From the NCBI GenBank assembly GCA_964106915.2, contig OZ066922.1: a stretch of DNA of 64,000 nt. One strand, 5' to 3'. Origin of the DNA: Podarcis gaigeae. Taxonomy: Eukaryota. This document shows, piece after piece, positions 45,941-59,800 of the stretch (positions are counted from its first letter, which is position 1; every line of letters begins with the position of its first letter). The notes beneath the pieces are model-generated. The model had not been told where the DNA came from. It saw nothing but the letters and a program-made list of their open reading frames with translations, and searched no databases. A program made the position numbers and the translations under genes.

Positions 45941-47292
45941 TAATTGAATACTTTCAATTCTTTTCAATATTTTTTGTGGATGGGGGGCAGCTGGTCCCCC
46001 TTGCTCTCCCTTGTCAGGGGAGGACAGTGGAGGTTGGTTTGTCAGGTTGGGTGGGATGCTGCTCCACCATTGCCCTTATATTCAGTCCAGCTTCCTGGAC
46101 TTCTTTTTTATATGCAGTTCTGATTGAAACAGTATGAGGTTATTTCCCGCTGCTGCGTTTCCAAATTACTTCCTTCTTCTTCTGTTCACACCACAGCCGG
46201 CTGGGTGTGTCTTCACCTAATTATTGCTTTTCCTGCTCTGAACACCCGTCAGTGAAGCTTTCGTTTGTGCATGTGCCATTATTTGTGTGCATGTATCCTG
46301 AACTGTTCACACCAATTGTGGCTTCCATTTTCAAATCATGCTGAAGCTCGTTTGAGGAAAATGCGTATGGAATAGGAGCATTTCTCCAGAAGCTACAGGA
46401 TACAGAACATCTTGTGAACCCGGTTTATAAATCCGGTGTTGGGAGTGCACTGGAGCCACAGTAAATCATGCTAAATCAAGAAAGGGGGAAGGGGAAATAC
46501 ATTTTTATTACTGCTTTTTATTATGTCTTTTGCTGCATATTTACAATAAAATCACTTTTTTAAAAAAGGGCCAACAATGTATTTTAAGAACGGTATAAAA
46601 ACGAACATCTTTGCACTACAGAAAAAGCACATTGCCCTGATTCTCAGTGATGAGTTAATTTATACATGTAACCTGAACTCACTACACACACCAGCACTGC
46701 TAGATATTAATGAAAACTAAATTCCAATGATAAGAAGCTATACAAATGTTTTTTGTTATAAAAAGACACCTGGCTGATAATAAAAATTAATTCATGTCTT
46801 GATTGTTCACACTCAACCCCCATCCTCAATACATGAGCAGCAAAGATTGCACAGAAATCTTATAGATCTTATCAAAAACTTCTGTGATGTGTTTTGGGGA
46901 AGATGTCATACCATTGTGACATGAAACATGGTAACATTCTGACACACACAGTATATCATTGCCTCATGAACTAGACTCCCTTTGCAGGTGGGGGGAAATA
47001 ACCTTTACAGTGCGCAAACCAGAAAGGCATTTCAGCTGTAGTTTTATTTCATTCATCACCTTCCTTGTCTATATGTTATTACTTCAGGACTTTGCATAGC
47101 ACTCTTCTGATCAAGGAGACCTGAATCCCACATCACTTAGAGGTTGAGGGCAGTTTTGTTCTATTGATTCCACACCCTTTAGAATCTTCCACACTGTTAG
47201 GTAAGCGGCCAAAGGAATGCAGAATAAGGAATGTTCAAGGTTCACTGCTGTCATAGCAGCAGAAGTATTTGCTTATTATGGTTTCCCTAATT

Positions 47293-47423
47293 CAGGTATG
47301 CGGAACCTTTGGCCCTCCAGATGTTACTGAACCACAACTTCCATCATCCCTGGCCATTGGGGACATATGGGGGTTGTAGTTCAACACCATCTGGAGGGCC
47401 AAAGGTTCCCCTCACATGCCCTG
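47293..47423. mobile_element. hAT-like MITE, best-preserved copy
   Basis: CAGG...CCTG termini; arms ggaacctttggccctccagatg / catctggagggccaaaggttcc. Confidence 0.7.
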
Positions 47424-47716
47424 ATTAATCACAGCATGGTCTCTTCCTGACAGCAGGACCAGACAAGTTCTTGCCCCTTTTACAGCTATTCAGGCCAGAA
47501 TCACAAAAAAGTATGTTTCTGTAATTGCTCTATGCACACACAATTGCTCTATGCACACACCCTATTCCCATTTGTAACTGATGGACTATGTATTTAATTT
47601 ACTTTATTAAAAAAAAAATCACCTGCCCTTCACCAGGCCCTTCACACAGTGCTGACAATTACAATATGTAAATGTAATGAAGCTGCATTCTATTGAGTCA
47701 GACTATTGGGCAATCT

Positions 47717-48080
47717 GTCTGGGACGCAGGTGGTGCTGTGGGTTAAAGCCTCAGCGCCTAGGACTTGCCGATGGAAAGGTTGGCGGTTCGAATCCCTGCG
47801 GCGGGGTGCGCTCCCGCTGCTCGGTCCCAGCGCCTGCCAACCTAGCAGTTCGAAAGCACCTCCGGGTGCAAGTAGATAAATAGGGACCGCTTACCAGCGG
47901 GAAGGTAAACGGCGTTTCCGTGTGCGGCTCTGGCTCGCCAGAGCAGCGATGTCACGCTGGCCACGTGACCCGGAAGTGTCTCCGGACAGCGCTGGCCCCT
48001 GGCCTCTTGAGTGAGATGGGCGCACAACCCCAGAGTCTGTCAAGACTGGCCCGTACGGGCAGGGGTACCTTTACCTTTAC
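47717..48080 (+). mobile_element. Sauria SINE, full length, young
   Basis: Pol III A box near 47731, B box GGTTCGAATCC at 47785-47795, (ACCTTT)n tail; 14-bp TSD ctattgggcaatct (47703-47716 and 48081-48094). Confidence 0.92.
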
Positions 48081-48617
48081 CTATTGGGCAATCTAGCCCA
48101 GCTCTGCCAACTCTGACTAAAAATAACGGTGTTTTTTGGAGGTCTGAGCAAATGCACTCTCTTACGCTGGTGGGCCATCTCAAGCTCACTTGGGAATGGT
48201 CATAGGCGCCATCTATGTGGGGCTGTTGGGGCCCAGGCACCCACAAATTTTCAGTGAAGGGGCTGCCCCCCCAAGTTCTACTCAGCAGCATATGCATGCC
48301 TTGGGAGGGGTGTGTGTGATGTCAGCACACCCCAGGCACCCTTTGTCACGGGGGCAAGGTGGTGCACCTGGCAGTGGTGGTGCAGCAACACTCAAAGAGG
48401 GACCTGGAAGTGGAGCTGCCATTTTAATTTACTATTATGCTCAAAGAGTGCCTAGAGTAGTGACACTCTAGCACTTGAAGAGTCTTAAAGACCCAGAAAT
48501 CCAATGTGGTCTCAGAACAATCTGCATTACTCAAATGTTTTTGTGTCATCCAGAGTATGTTTCAAGTAACTATGTCATAGAAATCTATTGTGAAGAAAGC
48601 AATTAAAAATGTAAATT

Positions 48618-48621
<4 letters not shown>

Positions 48622-48660
<39 letters not shown>
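48622..48660 (+). repeat. (GA)n microsatellite
   Basis: ~19 perfect units. Confidence 0.97.
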
Positions 48661-48664
<4 letters not shown>

Positions 48665-49536
48665 AAATTTCCACACCCAGTCATCTAGCAAAGCAGAGAT
48701 TACTAGTCAGGGCATGTGTCAGAGGGATTTCTGTAAAACATGCCCTCTGCATCAAAGGAACAGGTTTTTAATTCCAGTACTATATTGTAGCAGTTACCTG
48801 CACTGCATTGCAAACCGAATACTGAATGATCAGGCCTGAAATCAAGAGGTGATTAAAGGAGTAGTCACTAGATTTTCATCATTAAATCATTATTTTCCCT
48901 TTTCTGATACATATGTCAATGAACTAAAGTGGCCTCTAAGTGTTGCTGCACTGAATAAAATTAAAATGCAGTGTTTACAGATTTATAGATGTGTATGAGA
49001 AGTGCCAGGAAGGGACTAAGGAGGCTAAATTCACCACAAAATGTCATGTTGGGAGGGGCAGCTACATGATGCTGATAGTTTTCCCCAAAAGTATTGCTTT
49101 AGGGACCATCATAGGTAGCTGGGTATCTTACTTGTATTTGTCATTTTCTAGATACATTTTTGGTGATAATATTTGTTGCACCAGGTTGCTCACAGACCAG
49201 AACTCTTTTTACAACAGTTGAGGCATTGCTTCTTCATAATCAGGTGGAAACTGAATGAAAATAGAGGTTCAATGCAGCACTTAATGCTCTTATCCATGAC
49301 AAAGGTATTTTTGTCATGTTTATTCACAAGTCTTATTTTAGCAAATGTCCTTTCCAGTGCTAATTGGAAGTGTACTGGTAAGCGGGTCCTGTCTGCTTGA
49401 GAGTTTCTAGTTGACCTCAATGGGAAGAGTCATGAAGAATTATCCAAGTATCAGTTTTTCTTCCTATTGGTTTCCTTGATCCAACCCCCTCTTTTTATAG
49501 TCTATAGTGAAATACCACTGTTTCACTACAGACATA

Positions 49537-50106
49537 GTCGCCGCACCCTGAGAATGGCTTAGATTGGCTGGCTAATCTAAACCAAGGGAGGGTAGCCGAT
49601 GGGTCTCAAACCCTGGATAAATTAGGAACTTCCCTCTGCATGCGGCAGATTGAGCAGATGAGACCAAAAGTGGGTCCAATGACAAAGACAGTATCTGCCT
49701 GTGCTGCAGAGAGAAGTGAGGGACGGATGGGGTTGATTAACCTGGGAGGGGAGCCCATCTAAGAGAAGGAAATCAATGATCCTAAACTTCCGCTGCCTTG
49801 CAGAATATCTCCAGGAGAAGAAAACGCTGAATTGGAGACAAATCCCTAAGACTGTTGGATGGCGCCTTCTATGTCATCTTCTGGCAACTCCTGCAGCCCA
49901 GCTGGTGCCAAATGTATTGCTCTGCTTTCCTTTAAACCACATCAGTGAGGCCAAGATGGGGGTCTTATTGTCTTGGCATCCCAGGGCCTCCATACACACT
50001 GCCCAGGCTTGCACCTCAAGGTCACTTTGGTACTGCTAACACAGAGGTTTGATTTCACGGCTGGAGGTGCACTCCATTGTCTCTTGAGACATACAGATGC
50101 CAACAA
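49537..50106 (+). mobile_element. RTE-clade non-autonomous element (5' UTR joined to a short 3' end)
   Basis: RTE 5'-UTR-like motif cccatctaagagaaggaaa...cctaaacttccgctgccttgc and RTE-like 3' end ccattgtctcttgagacatacagatgccaacaa; no clear TSD. Confidence 0.5.
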
Positions 50107-52189
50107 GACTGACACTTATACCTGCACTTTTTAAAAAGTTCCAGTATAATGTTATAAATGCACAAGCAAATGAAATTGCATTCTCCTCTTCTAAAGTAGG
50201 AAAATCTACAGTTAATGAGAAAGTGCCTTTAAAGGCTGCCCTAGAACTGCATAGAAAAACAAATGTTCTTATCTCTTGACAAATACAGCTTATTATGTGA
50301 GAAAAGCTGCCTTTCTGAGGGCTTCACTAGGGAAGACTATAGATATAACGTGCCTTGCAACCTCATCCCTGTGCAGCAGGCTGTAAATCATTTTACCAGC
50401 ATATTCAGTTCCAAACATTATGCCTCCCTTAAGAGCCACAACTGAGTAGCAGTGCTTATGAAAAACAAACCACTGAACATAACACCTTGTAGGCTCATAT
50501 ACAATTCATTCCCAAGGAAAACAAGTAGGCTTTTGGTGTGTTGCCATGGTAACCATCCTGTTGAATTTCTGGACCTTTTGCCCTTAATGGTGGTCATGCT
50601 ATTGCATCAACGTATTACTGCTGCTTTCATATTTTGTGGTTCCTTCTCTCCTCCAACGTCCTATAAAGGTTGCCACTGAACTGTAATGGTTTACATGAGA
50701 TTTTTTAAAAAATAAGAAATACTTTCCAAGGTCCACAAAGGTGGGCGGGGGGCTTTTTCAGAGGTGATAGAGGGAAAGGGAATCTGGGCATCCAGATTCT
50801 TAAATGGTGGACCAGGGCCCACAACTGATCCTCATGCCATAGTCTACCTAGTTCCTCCTCACACACTCAACCAGCCCTCTGGCCATGCCATAGTTTTGGA
50901 TTGAACTGAAGCCAGCACCAGCAACTCCCCACACACTGAACAAAGGTTGTTGGTGAATTTGGGAGGGGTGAAGGCAGGTGCTTCCTTCCTCTGAAGGGAA
51001 AGGGCCATAGGATGTGCTAAAGGAAATAGTGAGTGCGTACAATTGTTAATAGTGTAAAGCTGCTATTGGAGGAAGGACAGAGAGATTAAAGGAGTTGACA
51101 ATCTGGGTATGGAGAAATAAGGTACAAATTGAGAGTGAAAAGAAAAAGGGGAAAGAAATTATAGATGAGTAAAAATACTTTTGAAAGCCATAGGGGACAC
51201 AGAATAAAAAACTCTGTCCAGATAGAGACATTAGATGAGTAAGGTGTCCCTAAAATGAGCATGTCACACTATAATCAGGGCTAAGGCCCATTCTCGGCCT
51301 GAGGAAAAATTAGTTATGAAACTTTGCCAAAATTAGCAATTTACAAAGAGGGATTAATAATCAACAGAATTTGATGTTCATAACGGCTGCTTATGCCAAA
51401 CTACTCCTCTACCCAACACGATTTGGTTCCACCCTTTTTCCTTGCCATTTCACGACTTAGTGGGTTCCAGCAATTTCCACGCCTCTCAAGTGTGTCCTGG
51501 AGGGTAGAAACCTTGAGAACCTCTGCTCTGCTAGATTCTTTTGCAGATCTACCACCTTTCATGTCAAAGAACCTTATGGCTTTCTAAACGATGGAACAGG
51601 AAATGACCCATTATTTCCAGGAGGAACAAGAGTGCCATCACCTAAACCCCATCTTCCAAGGCCTCTTTTGGGCTTCCTCTGAAAGTAGGCATATGGAAAC
51701 GTGGCATACTGAAACGACTGTGGTTTTGTCCTCTCTGAAACACGCTTTCAGGGTGCTGCCAACTGAGCATCTGTTATCACCACAGGTTTATTCTGCAAGC
51801 GTGAAAGGAATACACAAGGGGAAAGGATTCTCCTGCAAGCTTGTTGGCTAGTAGTATAAGAATTAACACACTCCCACCATCTGTTGAATGAGAAGCAGAT
51901 ATTTTTTTCTTCCTTAATTTTCTATTTCAAGGTGGTGGAAGTCAGCCATTCAGCTGGCAACCCTGAGTGCTTTTTTACATTTGATTTGGTGAAGGAGTGG
52001 GAACCCAGCCAGCCTCGATTTCACATTGACTTAATGGTCAAATGTTGTTTTGTAGATTCCCAAGGTCTGTCAGGGTTACATATCAAGCTGGGCAAATCAA
52101 TGTTGTTTTCTTGGGCGTGACTAAATGATAGTAGCTTTCAACTCTTTCTCAAATTCTTCAAGGCATGTTCTCTAAGGTATTCTCTGGCC

Positions 52190-52815
52190 TGTCCTTCTCA
52201 GACTGGTAACACCCAGGTTACAATACTGTAACGCACCACTTGTAAAGCTGCCTCTGAAAAGCACCATGGAAGCTTCAACTGGTGCAGAATGCCATCTCTA
52301 GACTATTTACTGAAGCTAACCGCTAAGGATACATCACTTCAGTATGAATAGATTTTTCACTGGCTCCCATTTTGCTTCTTTATGGGCTCAATTCAAAGTG
52401 CTGTTTTTGCTCTTTATACTCCGTGGCAGGGATATCTAAAGGACGGTCTTCTTCCATATGAACCAGACAGATCTTTTTCTCACGCCCTTCTTTTGGGGGC
52501 CCAACCACAGTAGGCATGTGGCTACTGGAGAGAAGGGCAACTCCCTTCTCAGGCATATCTTCCTGGCACCTTCTTTGTAATCTTTTAAGTGTCAGATGAA
52601 ATTTGTCATGTTCTTTGTGCCTTTAATGACTCATAGTTTCTTCTCACTTCTGTTTATGTTGTCTTTATCTGAGTTTCTAATTACCCTCTCTATTGTTTTA
52701 TCTGCTGTTTTAGTTAGCTATCTCTTGTTGTTATGTTTATTGCATTTTACTACTTCACATTGTTAGCCGCCTTAAGGCTATTTGGCAAAAGGCCGGATAG
52801 AAGTGCTATAAATAC
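52190..52815 (+). mobile_element. L2 LINE 3' remnant
   Basis: Degenerate YCN...LPL...KLQLVQNA and LHWLP-like segments; tail tgttagccgccttaag...ggatagaagtgctataaata. Confidence 0.65.
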
Positions 52816-53611
52816 GTATGCAAGCAAGCTGTCTAGTAAGTACCATAAGCTACCTCTATTCATAGCCATTTGCTTTCCTCCACATATCTGTAATTTACAC
52901 CAGAGCAATTCTATTAACTTGGAAGGGATTAGTGTGGAGTTAAAGATTTGAAAATTACAACTTTTGCAAGAGCTCTGCTACCTTGATGGCTGTGGATATT
53001 AAACTGCCTCATAAAAACAGACGGATGTGTGTCTTGTCAGGAAAAGCACCTCATTTCTGACTGCACTAATTTAAAAAAATCTAAAATCTGGTGCATGGAT
53101 AGGGAATCTGTGGCCCTCCAGATGTTGTGGGACTACAACTCCTATTATCTCTGATCATTGGCCATGCTGGTTTGGGCTGAAGAAAATTTGGACATCTGGA
53201 GGGCTGCATGTTCCCCAATGCTCTCTAGTGACTGGTGCTGACCTTGCCTCATGGAAATCTAGGTTCCAACCTCAGCTCATTCATGAACTCAAAGGGTTTT
53301 ATCACTATAAGTTGCCCAATTGTTAGATGAAAATAGCAGCAACCTTGGTTTTGACTTGGTAGTGAAAATGAGTGACACAACAATACAAGTGAAAAAACAA
53401 AAGCCAGGCATTTGAAAGGAATGCACACACAAAAAAACAAGTAAACGCAACTCTTTATGAAAGGAAACAAATCACGCTTTAGCTGCCTTCAAATCATTAG
53501 TGTAAATGATTAGCAGACCCATGCAAAACTTTTGATTGTTCTTACAGTACTCATCATATAATAATGAATGACATTTTTAACAGTAGGGACAGGTGACTAT
53601 TATCAGTGACT

Positions 53612-53812
53612 TTAGTCAGATGATCGGCCTATTGATGGATCAATATTAAGAAACTCCTTAATTTTGTCATATAGGACCAACACCAAGGCACCGCCTGTCC
53701 CACGAAGTACATTTGAAAAGGCTCCCCGAAAAAAGGCATTTAATCCTTCCTGGTTGTATATCTTGAAAAAGCAGTCAATGGTTCCTTTGTACTGACGTTC
53801 AGCCTCGCCACT
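53612..53812 (-). CDS. SLC25A31: SLC25A31 exon 6 (coding part)
   Basis: [66 protein letters not shown]. Confidence 0.95.
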   Translation of the reverse strand, partial: SGEAERQYKGTIDCFFKIYNQEGLNAFFRGAFSNVLRGTGGALVLVLYDKIKEFLNIDPSIGRSSD

Positions 53813-56800
53813 CTGTGTTAAAATAATTTTAAACAAAGACAGATGATTGGAAAATGTACATGCTTACTATGTGGCAAGGGACTAATCTGGCATTTGGTAT
53901 TTTTATAATTTTCAGTCTAGGGTCTGATATATAGTATTAGGCATTTTTGTAATTATAAGTCTAGAAACACCTCTCACTAATTTTATCTCTTTTTCAATAT
54001 AAGAACCTTAATGAGTAAATGCTTCCCTGATGTAGTTCTCTGCAGCTAAATTTAGCAAGTCTGTGATCTTCTTGTGATGTTTCTTTTAAGCTTCAGAGTT
54101 AAACAAGGTCATGTCATTCCTCAGGGTGTTTTGAAGCATGCTGATTCTTGGATAATGTCTGAAGCATATTTTTGGAACATTGTTCTTCACTGCCTTTTCG
54201 CTGAACTTCACATGGTTCTTCACCCCCATCACCAACATCGACAAGTACCAATCTAGAAGTGTTTAGATTTCCCCAAAGTTGGTAGTATGGTTTTTTTGAT
54301 AGATATTTTAAAAAATGTGTTTGCATCAAAATATTTACACCGGAGAATTTTCTTAATCTATTTTTTAAGATAGATATTTATATTGAGATAGTCAAATAGT
54401 ATTCCATATAAATCTGTAAGATATAAAAAATTAATTTCTCTTGCTTTCAAATTGGCATACTGTACTTCCTTTTCAAAAGTCTCTAATGTTGAAAAAAAAA
54501 TCCAGAAGGAAGATTACATAAAATTACATAAGTTGTTTCTCTTTTTGTAAATAAAACAGCTGTCAGGCAGACAGACCCATTGCTGAAATAAACAGCAGAC
54601 CTTAAAGAAAGCACACGACAGAGCTTGCGTTCTTTGCACCACAGGGCGACAACAGGATGGTTACTGCCCCCTTACCCCCAACAGGAAAAGAATAAAAATA
54701 AATGTATTTCTCTTAACACAGAGACACACACTGCTGCTTTGAAATTAAACATGAAACAGGAAAATCACCTGGTTTGCTCAGCACATCAACAGGCAAATAC
54801 ATGTTTCTGACTAGCCAGCTGGGCAACCACACAAATATGTGGTCAAAATGTAGGGTCCACATACCCAGGTAAATGCTTCCTCTCCACACCTGAGAGAGTC
54901 CTGGTGATAGCACTTGTTATATGTGATATGCTATGTTGTGCAATTAGCTGATTGATAAAAATGGCTGCAGGAGCCTCTGCAAATGCAAATTGAAGGATGT
55001 CAGTGGGGGACAGGAGAAGAGGGTAGCTTTGAAATTTGTTAATATTTCCCCTCCTAGAATTCCCCCCAGGACTCTACCCTTCTAGATAGGCCTCCTGTGC
55101 TTAGACACCAGCAAGTATATGTTGTTTACCTGCATCATCATGCGTCTTCTGACAGTGTCAAAGGGGTATGACAGTATGCCAGAAAATACAGTCACAGCTT
55201 GAGCTATTGCAAAAGATACGACAAATGGTGTTTCTTTTGGATTTGGCAACATTCCCTAAGAAGAGAAAAGAGAAATAAGAATTCACTGGGGTAACTTGAG
55301 AATCTAAATGGAAAAACAGATGCTGTCAAATCATTATATTGCTTCAGAATTTCCTAAGTGCATTGTATTTTGAATGGATTATTTTACATGGTCAGTGTAG
55401 TTGGAAACATATTCTTTTCTCCTTTTGTTTTACGCTTTACACATGGCAAACAAGCCAAATGATTTTTTGGGGGAGGGGGCAAATAACATATATTAAGATT
55501 GCAACTTAAGCACATTTAACTTGTGCGATTGCAGCTTTACACGCTTTGCAGCTGGCCAGCTGATATCACACAAATTAAAGACACACAAGACAGAGCTTTT
55601 AGGCTCTCAGGCTTGCTTACTGGCCTTTGGGAAAGTCTCAAGTGGGCTCTGGGAGGCTCCTGCAAGATCTTTCGCAGTCCGAACGAGACTGTCCAGGAGC
55701 CTGGTTAGCATCCCTTAGAGCTTAAAAGCCATTTCTGTAGCAGGAAATCACAAGAGATTTACTTCTAAATAGAAATGCACAGGATTCATCTGTGAGGCAC
55801 ATTAATTAACTAAATAGTATAAATGTTTTATCTATACATATGAGCATCCCCATGTCCAATGAATACACTGAGATCTTGATCGTAAGCGCTGCCCAATTTA
55901 ACAGTCAACTTGCTTTCTCATTTTAAATCAACAGGGCAGCCATTGTGAGCAAAGGAGCATCATATTGCATCAGACCTTTGGGCTTCAGGAACCAATTAGC
56001 AAATTGGGATGAATAAATGTGTAGAAATAATTAGCTTTAAAACAAGTGTTATCATCAACCATAAGGAACAACAGAGCTCCTCCAGATCATGTAGTAGATT
56101 TATTAAATTTATAAAATAATAACAAACTAAAGGAATACAAACCAAATTGGGCATGTCTTTTTATTTTTAAGTCTTAGCTCTCTGTTTCTGCAGTAGGATT
56201 AATAATATCTTAGCTGATAGGATAAATACTGTAAAATGCATCCATAATAAAGGTGACAAATAATCCTTTTTTTTAATGGGAAAGGGTGAGTTTGATCAGA
56301 AAACTTACTTTTATGGTGTCATAACATCCAAAATAGGATGCCCGATAGACAATGATCCCCTGTACTGAAACACCAAATCCTTGATATAGGCCGGTAATGC
56401 CATCTTTTTTTGCAATTTTACCAATACAGTCAGCAAGGCCTTTGAACTGTCGCTCTTCCATACCTAAAATGAAAGAAGAAATAACAAAACTAGGGGAGCA
56501 CTTTAGCTCTAAGTATTCCCCACAATGAACAGGGGAACTATTACTATTAATTCATTTTTTTATCCGGTCCTTCTTCCTAAAGGAGCCCAGGGAGCCATAT
56601 AAGGAGCCATACAACAGGTAAAATATCATGAAAAACATTTTTCAAAATAAATACAACAATTTTCAGCTGCTGAAAACCTACTACCCATCACATACTAAAC
56701 AGTTGGGTTGAAACCCCCCCTCCCCCCGGTTACATCAAAATGATGGTAATGGAGGGAACAAATGCATATTTCTAGGAAGGGAGCTCCATAAACTGCGGCA

Positions 56801-59800
56801 CCACCACAAAGAAGGCAGAAACACAAACTGCCAGTCTCAGCGCACAACCCTTAAAATATGAAGATGAAGCTCTTACCTTTTCCAATGTCAGCACCTAACC
56901 GGGTCCGTGCAAAGTCTAATGGATATACCACACACAATGAAGTTGCTCCAGCTGCTCCACCAGAAGCCAGATTTGAAACAAACCACCTTCCGAACTGAAA
57001 ATGAAAAACTGCTGAGTTCAAAAATAGGGTTTGTAACAATCCTCAATTTTTATTTTTTTTTACAAATACCTTAAGCAATGGTGTGATGACACAAGCCTGA
57101 AATTACTGTATTTTTTACATTCCCAAGGTGATGCTTGAATATAAGCAAATCAACAGTGTCCTATGGAACTTAGATTTGACGGCAATATTTTAGTTGAGAG
57201 AATTCAAGATGGAGTTTCCTCTTGCAAATTCCCATGAGAAAATCCACAACCTGCATTGCAAAGGGCGCACCAAACTCAAGACTTGGTGGCAAAACTTGGC
57301 TTGTGTGTAAAACAACCTGAGGCTCTTTCACAAAATCCATCCCAACACAAATTGTGCCATGAAAATTGAGTAACAAAGGAACTTCAAAGGGAGGCAGAAA
57401 GATGAAACCAGTGAATTATAATTCATCAAGAGTTTCAGTGTAGTCTCAAACCTGTAGTTTGAAGCAGGACAAAGTTGTTGTTGTTTAATTATTACACTTG
57501 TGATAATTGGTTTGCCAACGCCAGGATGTCTGAGTTACCCTCAACTGTTGTATGAATGACCAAATTAAATTATGCAATTATCACTGTCATTGTACTTACT
57601 GCATTTCATTTACCCGTGACCACATTGTTTACCTTCTCCCCTTCCCCATGTGTGTGTATCTATTTATACACACATACGTAACTCAGGATAACACTTCATT
57701 CATCTGATGAAGTAGACTGTGGTCCATAAAGGCTTCTGCCATAATTTATGTATTTAGTATTTATTTAGTATTTATGGTGCCACAAGTTATTTTCGAATAA
57801 CTAGGTTGTGTTTTGAAGTAGAAGATTTTTTTGGTTTCTTCACATTTTGAGGGAAGGTTGAGTGGTAGTCAACTGAGTTTTATCAGAGTAGACCTATTAA
57901 AATGAATGGGCCTAATTTAAACGGGTCTACCCTTAACTTAGTTAAATATGACCCAGAATCTTTTGGTACTGGCATTTACAACTTTACAGTTTCAATGGGA
58001 GTTATTATACACAACTAACTTAAGCTAGATGGGAACTTCAATATTCAAGACACACATTGTTGAAACTATTTATTTGAAAATATAACAGTATGATAATATA
58101 AAAAATCAAAAAGACTTTTACCCTTTGGAGCATTTATATCACAAAGTATGTCAAGATGTATTTCATGTTCTTTCAGAGTAAGAGCTTTAAAACTGAAATG
58201 GCTTACATATGAATACTGACAGAAAATAAGTATGCAATGCAAGGTATTAAATCCAAATGCAGAGTATTTGTAAATGGTCATTAAGCATGAAAGAGTACCA
58301 GGTGCTTTAGAAAGTATGATTCTGGCAATGCAGAAGGCACTGGGAGGAAAGAAAAGGAACCAGCTTATTAGAAAAAAATCCCTTAAAAAATCCCATGACA
58401 GTATCAAACAAAGATTACATAGCAATAAAAGATGTCCCCAAAATACATATATAGTATATTATATGGCCTTCATGGATCACTGCCTTGCCGTGGCGAAGGG
58501 GCTTGAATAACTCAGAGAAGCTATGAGCTATGCCGAGCAGGGCACCCAAGATGGACAGGTAATAGTGGAGAGTTTTGACCAAACATGATCCACCTGGAGC
58601 AGGAACCGGCAAGCCACTCCAGTATCCCTGCCAAGAAAACTCCATGGACAAAGACAAAAGGCATATGAAGACAGAAGTGCCTGGTGTGCTCTGGTCCATG
58701 GGGTCACGAAGAGTCGGACATGACTAAACAACTAAACAACAACAACAACATATGGCCTATAACAGCCTTTTTGTGTTGCTGAGGTGATTGTATGTTGTTG
58801 ATCCCCCTTCTCAAACTGTGGAACGTTAGGGCTGATTCACAATGACCGCTCTCCACATCAAATGGAGGGTGCCCTTAGCATGCCTGCATGAACCCCCCCT
58901 CGATCCTACGTGACTCCAGAGCACTCCTGGACCGCCTCTCCAAGTCGCAAACCTTGAGGTTCCTACCAAACCTCAGTTTAAAGTATCTATCGCAACTGGG
59001 GAGGCGTAGCCAGGGAAGCGGATCAAGTAGGGTGGGTCCCCTCTTTAAGCTGATTCACAAAATCCCCATCACTTGGGATCAATTCACACATTTATTTTGC
59101 TCCATAAGAAATACTCCCATGCACATGGGAACAATATGAATCAGAAACAGACAGCGGTAATTTCCACAGCTGCAACAGCGCCTAAAAATTCTGTGTAAAG
59201 TACAATGTCACCTCACACTTTACTTTGATGTTGAAATTACGGCCTCACACATTACTGTGCATGAGTGGGGTTTTTTTGGGGAGGGGGGGACAGCAGCCCA
59301 AACCTATATCTAAACTAGTCCTGTTGCTGAATGTGTGAACTGTCCCCACTGATTTTTCTTTTTTTAAAAAAAATATACTTATAGAGCTTGATTTGCAATG
59401 GCACTTTCACATGCACAAATTTTCATGTTATGCTGCAGTCACAGAGTGATGAACAACAGAGACGTGTAAACCTGCCCTTAAAGACTGCCTTTTCAGTATT
59501 CCTTTCGAAGGAGGCAGCTCTGCACTCTGATGGTGTCCTTTGAAAATACATGCATCTACCTTTACAGATCAAAAAAGCAGAGCTGGGGAACAGTCAGTAC
59601 CATCAGTGCTATTAAGAGAAAACCATTTCCAAACTGCTGATTTACGCCTCTACATACCATGCGACTGGTCAAGTCGAACAGGTTTGGAGAGCTCCAGGCA
59701 TCAGTGAGAGGATTGCTTGCTCCACTTACTAAGAGCAATTGCTTTTTTCATTTTGGCTTAAAGTACCAGCTGGACTTTTTTTTTTTAAAGGCCTAATTCA

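Noticed and set aside
47721-47800. tRNA-like A and B boxes (also near 27975-28052 and 62380-62430)
   Set aside because: These are SINE heads followed by SINE bodies and tails, not tRNA genes.
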